Assembly: GCA_964016885.1 (NCBI GenBank)
Contig: OZ024743.1
Span: 141,546,001-141,610,000 of the forward strand
Direction: 5' to 3'
Source of the DNA: Eledone cirrhosa
Taxonomy: Eukaryota
DNA: 64,000 nt
In this document: one piece after another, positions 58,201 through 64,000 of the stretch
Layout of the letters: each line of letters starts with the position of its first letter
Position numbering within the stretch: position 1 is the first letter of the stretch
Position numbers and translations under genes: made by a program
The notes under the pieces: model-generated
Told to the model about the DNA's origin: nothing
Seen by the model: only the letters and a program-made list of their open reading frames with translations
Database searches by the model: none

Positions 58201-61200
58201 TTTGGTGTTTGGTGCTTGGTGCCTGGTGCTTGTTGTATGGTGTTTGGTGCTTGGTGCTTGGTGTTTGGTGTTTGCTGCTTGGTGTCTGGTGTTTGGTGCT
58301 TGGTGTTTGGTGTTTGGTGCTTGGTCCTTGGTGCTTGGTGTTTGGTGTTTGGTGCTTGGTGCTTGGTGTTTGGTGTTTGGTGCTGGGTGCATGGAGTTTG
58401 GTGCTTGGTGCTTAGTGCTTGGTGTTTGGTGTTTGGTGCTTGGTATTTGGTGTTTGGTGTTTGATGCTTGGTGTGTGGTGCTTGGTGCTTGGTGTTTTGT
58501 GTTTGGTGCTTGGTGCTTGGTGACTGGTGCTTGGTGCTTGGTGCTTGTTGTTTGGTGCTTGGTTCTTGGTGATTAGTGTTTGGTGCTTGGTGCTTGGTGT
58601 TTGGTGCTTGGTGTTTGGTGCTTGGTGCCTGGTGCTTGGTGTTTGGTGTTTGATGCTTGGTGTTTGGTGTTTGGTGTTTGGTACTTGGTGTTCGGTGCTT
58701 GGTGCTTGGTGCTTGGTGCTTGGTGTTTGGTGTTTGGTGCTTGGTGCTTGGTGTTTGATGTTTGGTCCTTGGTGCTTGGTGTTTGGTTTTGTGTGCTTGG
58801 TGCTTGGTGGTTGGTGTTTGGTGCTTGGTGCTTGGTGCTTGGTGTTTGGTGCTTGGTGTTTGATGCTGCGTGCTTGGTGTTTGGTGCTTGGTGCTTGGTG
58901 TTTGGTGTTTGGAGCTTGGTGCCTGGTGCTTGTTGTTTGGTGTTTGGTGCTTGGTGCTTGGTGTTTGGTGTTTGGTGCTTGGTGTTTGGCGCTTGGTGCT
59001 TGGTGTTTGGTGTTTGGTGCTTGGGGTTTGGTGTTTGGTGCTTGGGGTTTGGTGTTTGGTGCTTGGTGCATGGTGTTTGGTGCTTGGTGCTTGGTGTTTG
59101 GTGCTTGGTGCTTTGTGTTTGGTGCTTGGTGTTTGGTGCTTGGTGCTTGGTGCTTGGTGCTTGGTGTTAGGTGTTTGGTGCTTGGTGATTGGTGTTTGAT
59201 GTTAGGTTCTTGGTGCTTGGTGTTTGGTGTTTGGTGCTTGGTGCTTGGTGTTTGGTGTTTGGTGCTTGCTGCTTGGTGCTTGGTGTTTTGTGTTTGGAGT
59301 TTGGTGCTTGGTGTTTGGTGCTTGGTGCTTGGTGTTTGGTGTTTGGTGCCTGGTGCTTGGTGTTTGGTGCTTGGTGTTTGGTGTTTGGTGATTGGTGCTT
59401 GGTGTTTGGTGCTTGGTGCATGGTGCTTGGTGCTTGGTGTTAGGCGTTTGGTGCTTGGTGCTTGGTGTTTGATGTTTGGTCCTTGGTGCTTGGTGTTTGG
59501 TATTTGGTGCTTGGTGCTTGGTGTTTGGTGTTTGGTGCTTGCTGCTTGCTGCTTGGTGTTTGGTGCTAGGGGCTTGGTGCTTGGTGTTTGATGTTTGGTC
59601 CTTGGTGCTTGGTGTTTGGTATTTGGTGCTTGGTGCTTGGTGTTTGGTGTTTGGTGCTTGCTGCTTGCTGCTTGGTGTTTGGTGCTAGGGGCTTGGTGTT
59701 TGGTGCTTGGTGTTTGGTGCTTGGTGTTTGGTGCTTCGTGCCTGGTGATTGGTGTTTGGTGTTTGGTGCTTGGTGTTTGGTGCTTGGTGTTTGGTACTTG
59801 GTGTTCGGTGCTTGGTGCTTGGTGCTTGGTGTTTGGTGTTTGGTGCTTGGTGCTTGGTGCTTGGTGTTTGATGTTTGGTCCTTGGTGCTTGGTGTTTGGT
59901 GTTGTGTGCTTGGTGCTTGGTGCTTGGTGTTTGGTGCTTGGTGCTTGGTGCTTGGTGTTTGGCGTTTGCTGTTTGCTGTTTGGGGTTTGGTGTTTGCTGT
60001 TTGGTGTTTGCTGTTTGGTGTTTGGTGTTTGGTGCTTGCTGTTTGGTGCTTGGTGCTTGGTGTTTGGTGTTTGGTGCTTGGTGTTTGGTGCTTGGTGCTT
60101 GGTGCTGGGTGTTTGGTGCTTGGTGCTTGGTGTTTGGTGCTTGGTGCTTGGTGCTTGGTGTTTGGTCCTTGGTGCTTGGTGCTTGGTGTTTGGTGCTTGG
60201 GTTTTGGTGTTTGGTGCTTGGTGCTTGGTGTTTGGTGCTTGGTGCTTGGTGCTTGGTGCTTGGTGTTTGGTGCTTGCTGCTTGGTGCTTGGTGTTTGGTG
60301 CTTGGTGCTTGGTGATTAGTGTTTGGTGATTGGTGCTTGGGGTTTGGTGTTTGGGGCTTGGTGTTTGGTGCTTGGTGCTTGCTGTTTGGTGTTTGGTGTT
60401 TGGTTCTTGGTGCTTGGTGTTTGGTGTTTGGTGTTTGGTGCTTGGTGCTTGGTGCTTGGTGTTTGGTGCTTGGTGCTTGGTGCTTGGTGTTTGGTGCTGC
60501 GGGCTTGGTGTTTGGTGTTTGGTGCTTGGTGCCTGGTGCTTGTTGTTTGGTGTTTGGTGCTTAGTGCTTGGTGTTTGGTGTTTGGTGCTTGGTGCTTGGT
60601 GGCTGGTGTTTGGTGCTTGGTGTTTGGAGTTCGGTGCTTGGTGCTTGGTGCCTGGTGTTTCGTGCTTGGTGCTTGGTGCTTGGTGTTTGGTGTTTGGTGC
60701 TTGGTGTTTGGGGTTTGGTACTTGGTGCTTGGTGCTTGGTGCTTGGTGTTTGGTGCTTGGTGTTTGATGCTGCGTGCTTGGTGTTTGGTGTTTGGTGCTT
60801 GGTGCTTGGTGTTTGGTGTTTGGAGCTTGGTGCCTGGTGCTTGTTGTTTGGTGTTTTGCGCTTGGTGCTTGGTGTTTGGTGTTTGGTGCATGGTGCTTGG
60901 TGCTTGGTATCTGGTGTTTGGTGCTTGATGTTTGGTGTTTGGTGCTTGGTGTTTGGTGTTTGGTGCTTGGTGCTTGGTGTTTGGTGCTTGGTGTTTGGTG
61001 TTTGGTGTTTGATGCTTGGTGTTTGCTGCTTGGTGCTTGGTGCTTGGTGTTTTGTGTTTGGTGTTTGATGCTGCGTGCTTGGTGTTTGGTGTTTGGTGCG
61101 TGGTGCTTGGTGTTTGGTGTTTGGAGCTTGGTGCCTGGTGCTTGTTGTTTGGTGTTTGGCGCTTGGTGCTTGGTGTTTGGTGTTTGGTGCTTTGTGCTTG

Positions 61201-64000
61201 GTGCTTGGTATCTGGTGTTTGGTGCTTGATGTTTGGTGTTTGGTGCTTGGTGTTTGGTGTTTGGTGCTTGGTGCTTGGTGTTTGGTGCTTGGTGTTTGGT
61301 GTTTGGTGATTGATGCTTGGTGTTTGCTGCTTGCTGCTTGCTGCTTGGTGTTTGGTGCTAGGGGCTTGGTGCTTGGTGCTTGGTGTTTGGTGCTTGGTGC
61401 TTGGTGCCTGGTGCTTGGTGCTTGGTGCTTGTTGTTTGGTGCTTGGTGCTTGGTGATTAGTGTTTGGTGCTTGGTGCTTGCGGTTTGGTGTTTGGTGCTT
61501 GGGGTTTGGTGTTTGGTGCTTGGTGCTTGGTGTTTGGTGCTTGGTGCTTGGTGCTTGGTGTTTGGTGCTTGGTGCTTGGTGTTTGGTGCTTGGTGCTTGG
61601 TGTTTGGTGTTTGATGCTTGGTGTTTGCTGCTGGCTGCTTGCTGCTTGGTGTTTGGTGCTAGGGGCTTGGTGCTTGGTGCTTGGTGTTTGGTGCTTGGTG
61701 CTTGGTGCCTGGTGCTTGGTGCTTGGTGCTTGTTGTTTGGTGCTTGGTGCTTGGTGATTAGTGTTTGGTGCTTGGTGCTTGCGGTTTGGTGTTTGGTGCT
61801 TGGGGTTTGGTGTTTGGTGCTTGGTGCTTGTTGTTTGGTGCTTGGTGCTTGGTGCTTGGTGTTTGGTGCTTGGTGCTTGGTGTTTGGTGCTTGGTGCTTG
61901 GTGTTTGGTGTTTGGCGTTTGCTGTTTGCTGTTTGGTGTTTGGTGTTTGCTGTTTGGTGCTTGGTGCTTGGTGTTTGGTGTTTGGTGTTTGGTACTTGGT
62001 GCTTGGTGTTTGGTGCTTGGTGCTTGGTGCTGGGTGTTTGGTGCTTGGTGCTTGGTGTTTGGTGCTTGGTGCTTGGTGCTTGGTGTTTGGTCCTTGGTGC
62101 TTGGTGCTTGGTCTTTGGTGCTTGTGTTTTGGTGTTTGGTGCTTGGTGCTTGGTGTTTGGTGCTTGGTTCTTGGTGCTTGGTGCTTGGTGTTTGTTGATT
62201 GCTGCTTGGTGCTTGGTGTTTGGTGCTTGGAGCTTGGTGACTAGTGTTTGGTGATTGGTGCTTGGGGTTTGCTGTTTGGTGCTTGGTGTTTGGTGCTTGG
62301 TGCTTGCTGTTTGGTGTTTGGTGTTTGGTTCTTGGTGCTTGGTGTTTGGTGTTTGGTGTTTGGTGCTTGGTGCTTGGTGTTTGGTGCTTGGTGCTTGGTG
62401 CTTGGTGTTTGGTGCTGCGTGCTTGGTGTTTGGTGTTTGGTGCTTGGTGCCTGGTGCTTGTTGTTTGGTGCTTAGTGCTTGGTGTTTGGTGTTTGGTGCT
62501 TGGTGCTTGGTGGCTGGTGCTTGGTGCTTGGTGTTTGGAGTTTGGTGCTTGGTGCTTGGTGCCTGGTGTTTCGTGCTTGGTGCTTGGTGTTTGGTGTTTG
62601 GTGCTTGGTGTTTGGTGTTTGGTACTTGGTGCTTGGTGCTTGGTGCTTGGTGTTTGGTGCTTGGTGTTTGATGCTGCGTGCTTGGTGTTTGGTGTTTGGT
62701 GCTTGGTGCTTGGTGTTTGGTGTTTGGAGCTTGGTGCCTGCTGCTTGTTGTTTGGTGTTTGGTGCTTGGTGCTTGGTGCTTGGTATCTGGTGTTTGGTGC
62801 TTGATGTCTGGTGTTTGGTGCTTGGTGCTTGGTGCTTGGTGTTTGGTGTTTGGTGCTTGGTGCTTGGTGTTTGGTGCTTGGTGTTTGGTGTTTTGTGTTT
62901 GGTGCTTGGTGCTTGGTGCCTGGTGCTTGTTGCTTGGTGCTTGTTGATTGGTGCTTGGTGCTTGGTGATTAGTGTTTGGTGCTTGGTGCGTGCGGTTTGA
63001 TGTTTGGTGCTTGGGGTTTGGTGTTTGGTGCTTGGTGCTTGGTGTTTGGTGCTTGGTGCTTGGTGCTTGGTGCTTGGTGTTTGGTGCTTGGTGTTTGGTG
63101 CTTGGTGCTTGGTGCTTGGTGCTTGGTGTTAGGTGTTTGGTGCTTGGTGCTTGGTGTTTGATGTTTGGTCCTTGGTGCTTGGTGTTTGGTGTTTGTTGTT
63201 TGGTGCTTGGTGTTTGGTGTTTGGTGCTTGCTGCTTGCTGCTTGGTGTTTGGTGCTTGGTGATTGGTGCTTGGTGTTTTGTGCTTGCTGTTTGGTGTTTG
63301 GTGCTTGGTGCGTGGGACTTAGTGTTTGGTATTTGGTGCTTGGTGTTTGGTGCTTGGTGTTTGGTGCTTGGTGTTTGGGGCTTGGTGTTCGGTGCTTGGT
63401 GCTTGGTGCTTGGGGCTTGGTGTTTGGTGTTTGGTGTTTGGTGCTTGGTGTATGGTGCTTGGTGCTTGGTGCTGGGTGGTTGGTGTTTGGTGCTTGGTGC
63501 TTGGTGTTTGGTGCTTGGTGCTTGGTGCTTGTTGTTTGGTGCTTGGTGCTTGGTGCTTGGTCTTTGGTGCATGGTGTTTGGTGTTTGGCGCTTGGTGCTT
63601 GGTGCTTCGTGATTGGTGCTTGGGGTTTGGTGGTTGGTGCTTGGTGCTTGGTGTTTGGTGTTTGGTGTTTGGTGTTTGGTGTTTGCTGTTTCGTATTTGG
63701 TTTTTGCTGTTTGGTGTTTGGTGTTTGCTGTTTGGTGTTTGGTGTTTGGTGTTTGGTGCTTGGTGCTTGGGGCTTGGTGTTTGGCGTTTGGTGCTTGGTG
63801 CTTGGTGTTTGGTGCTTCGTGCTTGGTGTTTGGTGTTTGGTGCTTGGTGCCTGGTGCTTGTTGTATGGTGTTTGGTGCTTGGTGCTTGGTGTTTGGTGTT
63901 TGCTGCTTGGTGTCTGGTGTTTGGTGCTTGGTGTTTGGTGTTTGGTGCTTGGTGCTTGGTGTTTGGTGTTTGGTGCTTGGTGCTTGGTGTTTGGTGTTTG
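44540..64000 (+). repeat. Long-range ~2.6-kb near-identical duplication (about 44540-47126 and 61460-64000, truncated by the window end)
   Basis: Identical translations at offset 16923 (44838/61761, 45321/62244, 45556/62479, 46049/62972). Shared GTGCGGT variant at about 46067 and 62990. Confidence 0.92.

Larger units (their letters stand above)
33190..61560 (+). repeat. Long-range ~5-kb near-identical direct duplication (about 33190-38270 and 56594-61560)
   Basis: Identical translations at offset 23404 (33361/56765, 33979/57383, 34294/57698), then 23271 (36205/59476, 37045/60316). Shared 6-bp monomers (33946/57350, 34274/57678) and shared TTGTGGA-ATGGTGT variant. Confidence 0.93.
1..64000 (+). 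repeat. Heptamer tandem satellite array (TTGGTGY)n, about 9,140 monomers, running off both window ends
   Basis: The sequence parses into 7-mers TTGGTGC/TTGGTGT with scattered substitutions from position 6 to 64000. Register checked at many points along the window. G/T-rich strand on + throughout, A rare, no inversion or unique insert seen. Confidence 0.99.

Noticed and set aside
2-63612. Hundreds of plus-strand hydrophobic ORFs (LVLGAWC/LVFGVWC)n resembling membrane proteins
   Set aside because: They are direct translations of the satellite in three frames, begin at GTG/TTG inherent to the monomer, and end at recurrent TGA/TAG variants.
1-64000. CRISPR-like or other repeat-spacer array
   Set aside because: There are no unique spacers, no constant 23-50 bp repeat, no leader and no cas genes. 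The sequence between landmarks is the same heptamer.
1-64000. Canonical telomerase-synthesised terminal tract
   Set aside because: The motif is not a telomere repeat I recognise. Numerous substitutions inherited through kb-scale duplications indicate recombinational amplification rather than fresh templated synthesis. A telomere-derived origin remains open.
1-64000. Bacterial heptamer repeats (cyanobacterial STRR-type) or Drosophila virilis heptamer satellites
   Set aside because: Bacterial heptamer tracts are short and intergenic, not gene-free for 64 kb. The virilis monomers (AAACTAC, AAACTAT, AAATTAC) differ from AAACACC/AAGCACC.
1-64000. Sequencing or basecalling noise, or a synthetic low-complexity artefact
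   Set aside because: Rare variants recur in identical order across copies up to 23 kb apart and indels are very rare, unlike random error. Local mis-assembly of copy number is still possible.
1-64000. Embedded transposon, inversion, RNA gene, promoter or terminator
   Set aside because: No segment departs from the heptamer or switches strand, and the near absence of A on the + strand leaves no scope for stable hairpins or tRNA/rRNA folds.

Overview
The whole 64-kb window is one uninterrupted, single-orientation heptamer satellite array, (TTGGTGY)n (reverse strand RCACCAA), about 9,140 monomers. Two co-dominant monomers, TTGGTGC and TTGGTGT, are interspersed with single-substitution variants (TTGCTGY, TTGATGY, TTAGTGY, TTGGTGA, CTGGTGY, TTGTTGT, TTGGGGY, TAGGGGC and others). 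I see no unique sequence, transposon, RNA gene, CRISPR array or credible protein-coding gene. Every ORF in the track is a translation of the heptamer (LVLGAWC/LVFGVWC on +, PSTKHQA/PNTKHQT on -). The information lies in the higher-order architecture: (i) a C/T variant code; (ii) a 7-bp register broken at only 11 sites that I could find, tracing back to about 5 mutations; (iii) nested duplications with offsets from 119 bp to 23.4 kb; (iv) two marker-defined domains meeting near 25.7-26 kb; (v) readable recombination, conversion and deletion junctions. It most resembles eukaryotic heterochromatic (pericentromeric, centromeric or subtelomeric) simple satellite. The organism and function cannot be determined from the sequence. 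Duplication offsets were derived from matching ORF-track entries and spot checks, so boundaries are approximate. I found no evidence of a new gene-encoded system.
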